Shown: one piece after another, positions 22,921 through 35,214 of the stretch | Numbering within the stretch: position 1 is the first letter of the stretch | Layout: every line of letters starts with the position of its first letter | DNA from: Paraphysomonas bandaiensis | Taxonomy: Eukaryota; Protista; Chrysophyceae | Reading direction: 5' to 3' | Assembly: GCA_965644295.1 (NCBI GenBank) | Contig: CBFFRP010000304.1 | Span: forward strand, 1-37,255 | DNA length: 37,255 bases | Program-made: the position numbers and the translations under genes | The notes under the pieces: model-generated | Seen by the model: the letters and a program-made list of their open reading frames with translations, nothing else | The model's database searches: none | Told to the model about the DNA's origin: nothing

Positions 22921-24356
22921 TCCCTCCCCTAGAATGAGCGGGGTTTCTCGTAGTCTTATGTCTCATATAGGCTATGCAAGTATAGTGTAGATCTAGCTAG
23001 AGTTTTCTTGAAGCCGACACACAAAGAATCTATATAAATAATCTATACGTTACTTAGCTTAGTCAACACTAACACTTCACTAGGGTACGCTCTCAGAATG
23101 GGACCTACACTTTGTTCGGTCAGTTGTTCCCGAGTTTATGTGTGTAAGCTCTAACTATTTATAAAACATCTAAATTAGGACTGAATGAGAAGTCAGGGTG
23201 ATATACTGATACCTTCACTGCAGCTAAAATCTTACCGGTGTGAATCGTAGATATGAACAAGCAGCTTGTTGTCATTGTGGGCGCTGAAATCAATGATGTA
23301 AGTATATAGATTGTCATGACTTGTTAGTTGTTAGTAGTGCGTGGTAGGTGAGACAAATATATAGCAGAAAGGGTGAATTCAGTTACTGATGCATGTTAAT
23401 GGTTACTTCGAACATAAGAAGGCTATATAGTCCGCTATCGATTTTTAAACGTAAGTGGAAAGCTCAATACTCCTAAGTCAACTTGTAGCTTTTCCCCACG
23501 ATGCAAAGTAGAGGTATATATCAATATAGAAAGTTTATAGAACTTAGGAGTTTGCTGTAGTGTTGTTGTGGTTTACAGGCATAATATATGGCTATATGTA
23601 TGATGTTTCTATTGAATCAACAACAGACCAAGAAACATATTCTTTGAAGCATTCTGAATGTCAACGAGCGTCATACAAGCAGAGGTAATGATACACTATA
23701 TGTCTTGTTCGTCTTTGATTATACAGTATATATATATATGATCTGTGTGCGATATACAGTGACGTATAGTGGCATCAAATAGTGGCAGCTTGTGTACCTA
23801 GCTCGACTAATGTAATTCAATATGAACACCAATCAGTTTGAGGAATGAATATCCACATATCATATAACAGTCGTGTTACATATCATGTATATATATATAT
23901 ATATATACATACACAGTCCTCTGAGACATACAGTCAGAGTATGTGCTTACCAATCGAGTACATGAAATACCACTCACTCGATATACCAGATACCAGATAC
24001 AATAATGGGACATCTAAAAAGTCCAGCTTTGGCCAATTCCAAAATTTTCCATTTCTTCATCAAAAACACGACTTTTCTACCATAATATCATGAAATTTTC
24101 ATTTTCCATATGTTTTTCTACCTTAATTCCATATGTTTCCCTCAACCAAACTAATATTCAGTGTATATATCCCTTCAAGATTATAGATTCGGATTCCCAG
24201 TTTCTAGATTCGACCGTCTATCACCCATTTCTTATCCTTATTTTTCTATATATTAACCCATCAGGTTCCGGATTTCGGCCCATATGTTAGAGAGCCACTT
24301 CCATCAAAGAACTTCATTATTATCAATCATCTTCCATATATATTCATAATATTAAC

Positions 24357-26564
24357 ATGAACAATCGTCTATATCTTAAGATTCTATTATCTATATATCT
24401 ATCATGTATTGATGCATGGTTTGATAATCATAGAGATTCATCACTATTACAATATTCAGTAACATCTTCTAATGATTGTAAGGATCATCTTATCACATCT
24501 ATTGATCGATATGCTGAATCAGATATATCATGGGGGGATGCTATGTATTTCTTATATTCCTATGATGAAATCAATGAGATTACTACACTAATGGGTACAG
24601 GAACGAAAACATCGATGGGAACAGACACAGAGATGTGGTGCATAGCTCCAGGGCACTATATAGTGTATCTTGGAGAGAGTTCCATCACTGACATTTATTC
24701 ATACTCTATTAAGATATGTGGAACTACTCCAGTTGATGCAGGTAGCTTTATTGTCTTCAGAATCAGCAGTGATGGCGATTGCAATGTTGTTCTTGGCAAC
24801 AAGCTCATCGGTGCAGGCAACAGCCAATCATACAGCACTAATAAATTTGACTTAAGTTCGGTTTCTGATTTTTCATATGACTACAACTCTGCTTCGTTTT
24901 CTATGGACTTTTCTGACATTGACTTTTCGAGTACATTTTCTGGAGATTTTTCATTTTCCAATGACTTCTCCCTGTCAGGCGACTTTTCAATGTCTGATTT
25001 CTCCGGGTCTATAGGTATCACTGCAAGTCCAACTATTTTTCCTTCAGTATCTCCCACTGTTGAGCCTTCTAGTTCGCCTACGTCTTCTCCCACTGTTGAG
25101 CCTTCTAGTTCGCCTACGTCTTCTCCCACTGTTGAGCCTTCTAGTTCGCCTACGTCTTCTCCCACTGTTGAGCCTTCTAGTTCGCCTACATCTTCTCCCA
25201 CTTTTGCACCTTCTGACTCCCCAACTGTATCACCGACCATTCCTGGAGAAACCAACTCTCCAACGCAGATGCCAACTCGTAGCCCAACAACGGAGCCTAC
25301 AAGCAGCCCCACATTTATTCCCACTTCTAACCCTACCTCTATATACGACACACTGGAGCCTTCAAATCGCACCTCCACGTGCTATAGTGATTGCTCATAT
25401 CCCGGTATGACTGTTGATCCCGCCGACTGGGGAAGCACAGAATATTGCCAGTTCTATGCCTCCACGGCCTGCACCGAAGATACAGTTGGTGCATACGCCT
25501 GTGTTCCAGATTGTCTCAATGATTGCTCTGATGTATTTTGCGACTCAATGAGCACACTGGTGTACGCCTGCGACCCTGACTCTTCTGCCACTTACTCTAA
25601 CAAGACTGTGCTTGAGACTGAGTGTCTTGATGCCTATGCAGAGGGTGCTGAGACTGAGACCCTCCTTGAGTTTGACTCTGAGAGCACTTTTGATGATGTA
25701 AGTGCGGCGGAGATGCGAAACAGTACGGAAGCACAAAATGCAGCGTTATCGGCAATGTCTCTGGCAATGTCGGGCGTACCAGTCTCTCAGATCACAATTA
25801 AGGATATCAAAGACGAGGAATCCAATAGGCGCTTATTTCGACGCTTTCTTCAAACTTCTGGAGCTATAGTGACATTTGGCATCGTCGCCAAGCTCGAGCA
25901 ACTCGGCTACAAGAGCACTGAGGGTGCGGCCGCATATACTTCGTTGACCAATCAAATTTCTCAGTCTGTTTCTAGCGGGGCGTTTCAACAGAATCTGAAA
26001 GCTGCAGGTCAGACAGCTGGTGTAACTACTTTTCAAAATGCTAAGGTGAACAAATCCCCGGTGTACACGGATCCTGTGGTGGTGGCTGTTGTTACTGTTA
26101 AACCTACAAGCTTTCCGACCCCCGCACCTTCCGTTGTTCCAACCCCGGTACCTACCAACGTGCCCAAGAAAAATTCTGATAATGACGACATCGCGCTATC
26201 GGAATCCGAAATATCTGGTGTTGTGGTGGGGTCTGTCATTGGATTCTGTTTACTGCTCGGGGTAGTTTACTTGTGCTGGGACAAGAAGCGCCTCGGAGAT
26301 ATGGAGGAGCAATTCCGTCAACATAATTTTCTTACTCGAATGCGTTCTCGTTCTGCAGGTTCGCAACAGCTGCGCTCTGAAGGCCCCACTGTCGCATCAT
26401 TTGACTCTATCGATAAGGCTTACAAGTCTAGGGATGACCACCAAGGTATGGATATTGAAATGGAGGCAAAACGTCAGAGCGATCTGGAGGAGAGGAGAAT
26501 ATCAGAGGTGGGCGGAGACGATGATGTTCGTGCTGCTATAAAGGCAAGGGGATCTGATGTTTAG
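24357..26564 (+). CDS. Type I membrane mucin-like surface protein
   Basis: Signal peptide, S/D/F-rich tract, PTVEPSSSPTSS repeats, Cys-rich domain, TM helix VVVGSVIGFCLLLGVVYLCW and cytoplasmic tail; 735-aa intronless ORF. Confidence 0.85.
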   Translation: MNNRLYLKILLSIYLSCIDAWFDNHRDSSLLQYSVTSSNDCKDHLITSIDRYAESDISWGDAMYFLYSYDEINEITTLMGTGTKTSMGTDTEMWCIAPGHYIVYLGESSITDIYSYSIKICGTTPVDAGSFIVFRISSDGDCNVVLGNKLIGAGNSQSYSTNKFDLSSVSDFSYDYNSASFSMDFSDIDFSSTFSGDFSFSNDFSLSGDFSMSDFSGSIGITASPTIFPSVSPTVEPSSSPTSSPTVEPSSSPTSSPTVEPSSSPTSSPTVEPSSSPTSSPTFAPSDSPTVSPTIPGETNSPTQMPTRSPTTEPTSSPTFIPTSNPTSIYDTLEPSNRTSTCYSDCSYPGMTVDPADWGSTEYCQFYASTACTEDTVGAYACVPDCLNDCSDVFCDSMSTLVYACDPDSSATYSNKTVLETECLDAYAEGAETETLLEFDSESTFDDVSAAEMRNSTEAQNAALSAMSLAMSGVPVSQITIKDIKDEESNRRLFRRFLQTSGAIVTFGIVAKLEQLGYKSTEGAAAYTSLTNQISQSVSSGAFQQNLKAAGQTAGVTTFQNAKVNKSPVYTDPVVVAVVTVKPTSFPTPAPSVVPTPVPTNVPKKNSDNDDIALSESEISGVVVGSVIGFCLLLGVVYLCWDKKRLGDMEEQFRQHNFLTRMRSRSAGSQQLRSEGPTVASFDSIDKAYKSRDDHQGMDIEMEAKRQSDLEERRISEVGGDDDVRAAIKARGSDV
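25052..25200 (+). repeat. 36-bp x4 coding tandem repeat (SPTVEPSSSPTS)
   Basis: Direct inspection of CTCCCACTGTTGAGCCTTCTAGTTCGCCTACGTCTT units. Confidence 0.95.
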
Positions 26565-28104
26565 ACGTTTTGTTATCTTAATTGGTGGAGTGCAGCAACA
26601 ACCTAACCAGAGTACGTTCACTATAATTATACTTTGTAGTTCTGTTTTCAGTAGATTATAAAAGTTGTTATATTTCTTGAAATTTTGCTCTGATGTTCCT
26701 TCTTACAATAATATTGCATGCTACGGATTATATATTTTAGTAGTCTACACAGAGTTATAAATCATTTAAGGAAGCTAAGTCATTCGAATAAAACATTTAT
26801 TTGACGCAAAGTACAGCGCTCTAGTTTGAAGTTTGAGCAAGTTTAAAACCATGGATGCTTTGAAGGCGTGAAAATAAAAGACTACATAGGATCTTTCTCA
26901 TTAGATTAAAAAGATGTTCCCTGATTAGAAATCAAACGAAAATCAAATTGTTTCAAATCAATGACATCTAGTTATGGGAATTACATTTGTACTAGATTGC
27001 TCAATACAATAATTTTCCAAATTCAAGAATAGCTACAACAATAGTACCCCGTCATTGAAAGGGTGCCGAGGAAATAGCAACTGTGCGAGGTATTGAAATT
27101 TACATATGGACTATTGATCATATTTCAGACAATTAAGATCGTTAAAGAGAAGTTAAAGTTATTCAATACTAGATAGATTATGTTATTATAATTGTATACA
27201 CAATTGTGTTGTCACGTAAAACTCATCAACAACATGATAATATAATTTGTTTATGTCATCCACTGATCAAATTCCGTATCTTGTACAGTCGTGGTACAAT
27301 ACTTCAGTTTCACAGTTATAGCTCTATAGTATGTTTGACTATGTACGTATTGCAGTTTCTCACATTGTATTCACCGTATTCTATAAAACTATCTTAGAAA
27401 GACATAGATATTCCAACGCTAACGTGCGTATTCCAACATTACATATGAATGTGATGACGAAAGTACGAAATTGTAGTCGCACGGGATTTTTCTTGTCGTT
27501 TCTGTCATCATCACCACAACAATGCTCATCACGCTTACCCTCTCCTAATGCAACAGACTCGAATGCTGTGCGTATGAAATTCAGGTCAAAAAGCACTTGT
27601 TTAGAGACAAAATGGCAAAATGGGGATTTTCAATACTTTCTTAAATAGCGTGTCGTTAATAATGCTGATGAAGTCTTTTGAAACGGCCCAATAATATCAT
27701 TGCATATATTCATATCACTAATCAGTGTCTATTTGGTCCACAAATCAATATCTGCAATTTAATATATCGCTCCTTACACCTGGAATGTGTATCTACTTAG
27801 GTATTAATGACAGTTCAGTTCCAGGCAATTATAATGGCCCATTATTTAACACCAATTCCTAAGTAGATAACACCACCCACAATAGATAGTGTGGCACTCC
27901 CTTTATTATACTATATAATCGCATTCGTTAGTTCACTCAATTATTAAGCAATATTGTAGGAACACATTTCTTCAGAAACAAATAAAACTCTTTGGATGAA
28001 AATAACGATGTGACAGAACACAATTTAAGGCATATAAGTCAATGACGTGATTTTCTATGACGTATGCATACTCAATGAGCTCGTGTACCAACTTCGTTAA
28101 TACT

Positions 28105-28731
28105 TTACTTGGATCCCGTAGCTGCCATACCGCTTGCAGGAGCAGTTGTGCCCATGGCCTGTTGAGCAGCTTGTACAAAGGCCTCAGGGTCCTCGGGCTG
28201 AGGCATAAAGGAAATGTAGAACTTCGGGTTACCAGTGATAGGACCGCAGCATCCAAAGCAGTTATCACATGCAGAAACGCGGTTTCTGCAGCAGCAGCAT
28301 GGGAAGGGGAAGTTCTCAAAAGGCATAACCACAGCTCTCTTATCACTGCAGCACTGCGAGAAGCAAATCAAGCATCCCAAATCAGTAATTTCAAACTTGG
28401 GTTGATCAGTTGGAACACAGATACCATCACTGTCTCTTGTAGGACAGCATCCGAATGTCTTAAATGGAGCCCTGTCAAAGTAGCGGACACCAGTATTGTC
28501 AATCGGAAGACAGACACCACAACAAGGAGATAAAGTGAAGTTACTTTCAATAGAGTTCTGACGTACGTAAAGATATGACCTTTCTCTGTCGTAGAATGAG
28601 AAACCAGCGCATAAAAAGACAGCTGCTTTCATACAGCAATCCAAGTCACGTATCTCAGCATCATAGACAACAAGATTATTTGCTGTATTCCATGCAGTAG
28701 CACCGTGATGAGGTGATTTGCGATCTCCCAT
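28105..28731 (-). CDS. Cys-rich hypothetical protein
   Basis: 208-aa ATG ORF with many CC/CCCC clusters and host-like AT-rich upstream region; family not recognised. Confidence 0.7.
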   Translation of the reverse strand: MGDRKSPHHGATAWNTANNLVVYDAEIRDLDCCMKAAVFLCAGFSFYDRERSYLYVRQNSIESNFTLSPCCGVCLPIDNTGVRYFDRAPFKTFGCCPTRDSDGICVPTDQPKFEITDLGCLICFSQCCSDKRAVVMPFENFPFPCCCCRNRVSACDNCFGCCGPITGNPKFYISFMPQPEDPEAFVQAAQQAMGTTAPASGMAATGSK

Positions 28732-28915
28732 GATAATATGTTATGTAATGTGTGTCGGATTGAATGCAGACGGTTGATATTGTGGATATGTTGATGGATG
28801 GATGCACTGATGATATGATACGCTAGTATGCTAGTATGCTATGCAGAGTATCTTGCAAACCAACAAAAACATGTGAAAGCGTATCTTCAGGGGGTGCAAA
28901 GATTTGAAGAATCTT

Positions 28916-29140
28916 GAAGAGACACACCAATAGAATATTCTTTCATGTTATTTAATTGAAAATATAGGAAATATACCTAAAAAATATATAAAAAAGGGGG
29001 ATTTTAGAATTGATGGAATGAAGAGAGGCACCAATGGAATGTTCTTTCATGTTATTTAATTGAAAATACAAAATATGCCTAAAAAATATGAAAAGATGGG
29101 ATTCCAACTGTAAAATCCTGAAGAGACAACCCATATGGTG
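28916..29140. repeat. Diverged ~105-bp tandem duplication in a divergent intergenic region
   Basis: CACCAAT(A/G)GAAT(A/G)TTCTTTCATGTTATTTAATTGAAAATA at ~28925 and ~29029; TGAAGAGA recurs three times. Confidence 0.85.
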
Positions 29141-29489
29141 AAAAAGGAGATTGTGCTGTTGAAAGATTCAAGATTATGTAGAATCTTGAATAGTCCGATA
29201 CTTTTTTCAGTTTAATATAAGATGTGATTGAAGAAAGTAAAAATAAAGCAATATGGTTGGTTGATAAAGGAAAGTCAGTCAAAGTTAGGTCCAAGGAAAG
29301 TGAGCGGACCGTAAGTGAATATGAGTTTAATAATATGAATAGTGAGATTCTTATATATACATATGAGTGTATAGTCAAACACTCATTACACTGTACACTA
29401 GATATGTATATCTCCCTCATCTCATCTATTCTCTCCTTCTATTGACACATATTCAATACTCTCCTTGATCTGGAGACTATACTCTTCTC

Positions 29490-31870
29490 ATGTCTCTTAA
29501 TTATACCAGTGAAATATGTATTATATTGACCCTAATTACTGGTCTATGTACATTCCTACCTATCCTTCTTAAGCAAGGGTTTGATGGGGCTCATCTATTC
29601 TCTACACTTGATTTAAATGATACAATGATGTTTCATGTATCACTTGTAGCTACATTCTCTGCAGCAATGCCTATGACACTCGATACATTACTAGATTTTA
29701 GGTTACCATTAAGAGCAATACTTCCACACTGGTCAATAGTAGCAGCATTAGGATTACCTGGTATAATAACATATATTGCATATTATACAGGGGGGAAGAC
29801 TGGGGCGATATCAATATCGTTTATGTGTTTACTTGCCCGTGAAATGATTCTAAGAGGGTCTCTGTTGAGCTACCTGTTGTATGACGGATGCTCTTGGAAA
29901 ACAGTAACAACAGTAGGGGGAGTTTGGCTTATGACTGCATTCTCGCTTCAGGTGTTGGTGTGGCGCACTTTTAGACCGGACATTATTCCGCATTCGTGGA
30001 ATACTTGTGGTAGAATTTTATCGTTATTCTCCGCTATTGTTGTCAGTGGAATGGTAATTATTCGCTTGCGCAAGGCCAGAACACCTTCGTGTGGAGCTAA
30101 CTCAGAAACATATGTGATACTATATCCAGTACTTTTTGCGCTAAATATCTTACTTAAGTTCTGCATACTCTTCACAACAAATGATATGGCATACTCTGGA
30201 TTTGTTGATATGTTTGTGTGCATTTTAGCAACCACTATTCCTGGTCGACAAGCGAGACAAGAAAAGGCTATAGCCGAGGTAACGTTTTACGTGAAATATA
30301 CATGCCTATATTAAAATAACTGCAGCATATAATTGAGTCTAAGAGAAACTATGTGAGTTATGTATCGCACGAGATCCGCACACCACTAAATGCGGCGTAC
30401 ATGGGCATCCAACTACTGGCTAAAGAATGTAATCGAGGGCTAAAAGAAAGCGCTGAGTTTTGGAGTATATTGGATGATGTTGACACCTCATGCAGAGTTG
30501 CTATCGATATTCTAAATGAGTTTTTACTGGCCAATAAGCTAGAAGCTGGAAAGGTCTCACTAGAAAAGGAACTAGTTGGAGCAGCAGAGTTAATAAGGAG
30601 TGTTGCAGACCCCTTTGGTGTGCAGGTATTGTGCCAGTCACTTTGTTGTCATTTTCTTAGCTCGTATATAGGCTCGTCAGAAAGGAGTGGAGTTTTTACA
30701 TGATGGTGATTCACACTTGGACCCGGTTCTTATAACAAACGACGTTCATATTAATGTGGACGCTAGGAAAGTCGGCCAAGTTTTGCGAAACTTGATCTCC
30801 AATGCACTGAAATTCACGCCTAGGGGTGGCCGGGTAGATGTGTATGCCTACCTCACTACTAAGTCACAGGCCTCGTATTCGGGAAATTCACTGTTTTCGA
30901 TTCCTCACAGCAGTGTTCAACCGATAGCGTCTTCATTCAATGAAGGAAACCTGAGTTCCACACGGAAGTCTTCCGAAGACCGATGTTACGATTTGGACAA
31001 TAATGTTCTTCGTATTGAAGTGCACGATAGTGGTGTGGGCATATCTCCGGTATGAATATATATATGATATGTGCACAATATATCATTGTTTTTCGCCAGG
31101 AAAACCAGCTGAAGTTGTTTGGTGAAATAGTGCAGTTCAATGCCGCACAACTTCAAAATGGCGGCGGCTCTGGTATAGGATTGTGGAGTAAGTGAAGTAG
31201 TGGATTACATATTGCGTACTTATGTTATTCTCCTGTAGTATCTAAAAAGATCGTTGATCTCCATGGCGGACGAATTGGAGTAACATCTGAACTAGGAAAA
31301 GGGTCAATGTTCTTTGTGGAGCTAGATGAAGCTAAGTTGGAGCCGTTTTCTACGAAGACCCTTGCAGTAAAGTCAAGTGTTAAGGATATCAGTAGTCGAA
31401 GATTACTTGCTTCATCATCAAATCGCAGTATATGTCAGGATTGTATAGGTGTTGTACGAGATATTAACGTCCTCATCGTGGATGACTCAGCTGTGAATCG
31501 AAAGATGTTGACTCGTCTAATTGAGCCATCAGTTGGCCATATATCTCAAGCTGAAAATGGTCTTGAGGCTGTGTCGAAAGTACGTGAGACTATGTCGTCT
31601 AATTCATCACTCGATTTGATATTCATGGACGCCACCATGCCTGAGATGTGTGGCACAGATGCCACTGTACTAATTAGAGAAATGGGATTCGTAGGCATGA
31701 TAGTATTTCTCACTGGTAATGCAATGCCAGAAGATATTCTTCGATTTAAGGCAGTTGGTGCGAATGACGTCATTGCAAAACCTTGCACCATTGAAAGTGT
31801 AGAAAGGATTCTTTTGTCTGTAGGTAGACAGACGATTGATAGTTCTGGTAGTGTTTGTGATTCTATATAA
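29490..31870 (+). CDS. Membrane-bound hybrid histidine kinase (multi-TM + HisKA + HATPase + receiver), multi-exon
   Basis: H-box SHEIRTPLN, N-box QVLRNLISNALKFT, G1 DSGVGIS, G2 GGGSGIGL, receiver VDDS..FMDATMP..LTGN..AKP; first intron 30279-30325. Confidence 0.93.
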
Positions 31871-32808
31871 AGTGTAGGGTAGGTAATATTTGACGAATGT
31901 TACCCTCTCTTTGGATGACACGCTTACATTGTGTATTTGGTTTACAATATTATATGTATAGTGATGATTTGTATCTCGTTCATGTCATTGGCTGAAACGC
32001 CAATGTACCTCTACGATCTTTCTATTTTTTATTTGGATTTTTAAAATAAATGTATACATATTATGATATTTGCCGAAGATAAAAACTGATTTTTAATATA
32101 TTGTTACTTTTATTTCTCGAAAAGATAGGTGGTCTAACTGTGCCACTCGGTCGTAGCTAGCTATGATACAATTTGATATGCTGTAAACAATAAGTGCTAA
32201 ACTAGACATTCTCAGATACCTTAAATCTTAAATGCACCACCGATAGAGGAATTCACTACTCTCGAAAACTCTGTCACACTAACAATAGTAGCTGGCAGCG
32301 TCTGGGGCTAACTCAACCTGATCTACTGTTAGAATACGTATCCTAAGATAGAGCTGTACTATTTGTTAAATACAATGTGAAAAAACAACACTTTAACAAA
32401 TACTGTGTAGATGTATAATGTTAAAACTGAATTATGATGGCAACAATTCAAGAGACAGAAAGTTATCAATGGTTGTTGTTATAAGGCTAAAATTATGCTG
32501 AAGTAACCGTGTAGGAAATTATGGATGTAGATTGAGCAACTTTGGTTGAACTATAGACGGATATTTACGTAATGTCACATACAAGGTCGTGCCATCCTAA
32601 AGATGCAGCCAAGCGGTGTCGAGCAACGTTGCTAGCATTAAAAATAGATATACATTGGATTGCAACTCATTCTCATAGTAACACATAACAAAATTACTTT
32701 GTACGATTAACTTTAAAAACTATCCATAATGTTTACAATACACCTATAGTAATATCCTCCCGTTTAATACATACTAATTGTGACTGTGAGTACCGTTACA
32801 AGGTAAGA

Positions 32809-33243
32809 CTATGATGTTGGTACAAGTATGAGTGAATTAGGTACTAGTTTCTTCTCATGTCCGCCTTTTCTTCTTCTTCTTTTCTTTCGTTTTGTAGACA
32901 CTGTTTCATTTGTCGTATCTTCTACAGTAACATCTTTCACAGTCGTATGTTTCACAGTCGTATGTTTCACTGTTGCTTCATTCACAGATTCAGATAATTG
33001 AATTTGTTTTATATCAATTGAATCATTACATAAATTAGACACATCTGTTGAACTACTTTGTAGATTATCTGTCTGTAGTTTGTCTGTATCATCTGCTGTA
33101 TGATTTGCTGAGTGAGTTGGTTGAAGTTTAGCTTTTTTCTTTGCTAATTCATTCCAATAGAGATCCTCTTCAAGCTCACGTGTACGCCATTTCTTCCACC
33201 TACTTGCTATCTTAGAAGGAAGTTTACGAGCTGGTTTTGGCAT
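32809..33243 (-). CDS. Small basic hypothetical protein with NLS-like KRKKRRRRK
   Basis: 144-aa ATG ORF with short (VKHTT) repeats; may be spliced at the 3' end. Confidence 0.5.
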   Translation of the reverse strand: MPKPARKLPSKIASRWKKWRTRELEEDLYWNELAKKKAKLQPTHSANHTADDTDKLQTDNLQSSSTDVSNLCNDSIDIKQIQLSESVNEATVKHTTVKHTTVKDVTVEDTTNETVSTKRKKRRRRKGGHEKKLVPNSLILVPTS

Positions 33244-33390
33244 ATAATGGATAGAGGGATATGTATGGATGGAGGGGGATAGATGGTTATATAAGAGAGG
33301 AGAGGTTGAGAACTATATACATATATACAAGAAGTGCATACATACAGGAAGTGTGTGGTATACCACAAGAAGTATGAGGAGAGCCCACTG

Positions 33391-33506
33391 ATGTATGTAT
33401 GTATGTATGTATGTATGTATGTATGTATGTATGTATGTATGTATGTATGTATGTATGTATGTATGTATGTATGTATGTATGTATGTATGTATGTATGTAT
33501 GTATGT
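33391..33506. repeat. (TATG)n microsatellite
   Basis: Pure tetranucleotide run of ~29 units. Confidence 0.98.
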
Positions 33507-33856
33507 AGGAAGAAAGAATATGTTGTATTAATCAATCATATTCCCTCCTCTTGAAACCCATTGATTTGATTTGTTAAAGAACTCCACATCTTTCAGTTTA
33601 TATTCTTCAAGATATACATATAAAAAAACTACTCATATCTTACACATACAGCAGCAGGAATTCCTATAGTCTCATAGTATATGTACAGCAGTGTGTATAC
33701 TGCTGTAGATGATCATCCAGATATCTCATACATAGCTGCCTAATATAACACGCATACAACACTCTAAGTCCCCATATATCCATATATCACTATTGTTCTA
33801 CACACATTCCAAACATCTCTCTACCTATTAATCACTCATTCTATATAGAATTCATT

Positions 33857-34711
33857 ATGATGCGGACAGTGTTTCAGCGATCTCATATCTATAGAAACAC
33901 CAGACACTTATCTAACTTACGTTTAGGAGGTAACTTCATACATATACATACATGTACACATATAACGCATATATTATACTAGATACGGCACCAAATTTTA
34001 CTCAGAAGAGTACTATGGGGACTATCAACTTCCATGAGTGGATAGGAGACTCTTGGTGCATCCTGTTTTCCCATCCACGTGCATTTACACCCGTATGTAC
34101 CACTGAACTCGGATACATGGCTAAAATTAAGTCGGAGTTTGATAAGCGTGGAGTGAAGGTATTTATTAATGTATTTTGTTTTTTATGATGGATTATTTTG
34201 GCTTTGATAGATTGCGGCTGTTTCTGTTGACAGCGTTGAAGACGATTTAAAGTGGTCGGAAGATATCAAGGACGTTAAAGGTCTTATTCAGGACGCAATT
34301 TGTGTATTTAATTGATGAATGGTGTCTATAGGACATGAAGTTAACTACCCGATTATTGCTGATATGGACCGTACTGTTTGTGAGAAGTACGGTATGTTAA
34401 TGAGTGAAGACGATATATCTGGAGCTCCTCCTGCAACTGTACGATCGGTATTTGTTATCGGACCGGATAAGAAAATTAAACTTACCATCACTTATCCTCC
34501 GAGCACTGGAAGAAATTTCGACGAGGTGCTGCGTGTTGTGGATTCCCTGCAGCTAACTCACAATAGGAAGCTCGCCACGCCGGTCAATTGGAATCAAGGA
34601 GAGAAATGTGTTATTCTTCCCACAGTTAATGATGACGATGCGAAGAAAATGTTTGGCAGTTTTGACGCTGTCAAGCCATATCTACGGATGGTTGATCCTC
34701 CATCGAAGTAG
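33857..34711 (+). CDS. PRDX6: 1-Cys peroxiredoxin (Prx6 family) with probable mitochondrial presequence, multi-exon
   Basis: [35 protein letters not shown] and ATPVNW. First exon [24 protein letters not shown] is Arg-rich and acid-free. Confidence 0.93.
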
Positions 34712-35214
34712 GATATATATCCCATTCCCTGTTTCTATCGGGTGTCGTTTCGTATGATGCTTGCTCTATGATGTCCAAGCACATGGCATGACGGCGTAAT
34801 TGTAACGATTCGTACTTTAATAAAATTTTGATTATTTACGCAATTGACGTCCTCAATTTTGTATAATTGATTGTGATAGCAAAAAACTACATATGGGAGC
34901 TGGTTTTTATGATTAGAATGAAATATGCTCATTGGAGCGATATGTTAGCCATGTCGAATAAAATAGAAAAATGACTCAGACTTTACTTTATTATTGTTGT
35001 GAAACTTACTTGTAAGAACTCATTACAATAACATAAGTATTGTTAGTGCTCAGTACACTTCTACTATATATGTTATTGCGACCTCCAGCTATAGACTTGT
35101 AAAATAGAGTTTTTATAGACTTGTAGGGATGTATCCTATATCTTGGAGGTTGGAGTTGTGACGTAATATACGAGAATAATGGTATACAAGTATACAATAT
35201 CCATCAGGTAAGTA

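Noticed and set aside
24881-25410. Alternative-frame repeat ORFs (VGEDVGELEGST; LLVRLRLLP)
   Set aside because: Shadows of the mucin tandem repeat.
27650-27695. Hammerhead ribozyme-like CTGATGA..GAAAC
   Set aside because: Stem II is only ~2 weak pairs and no credible stem I can be formed.
27972-28550. Overlapping ORFs around the Cys-rich gene
   Set aside because: Alternative-frame or antisense shadows without independent features.
33287-33535. HTYI/MYVC repeat ORFs
   Set aside because: Translations of the (TATG)n microsatellite.
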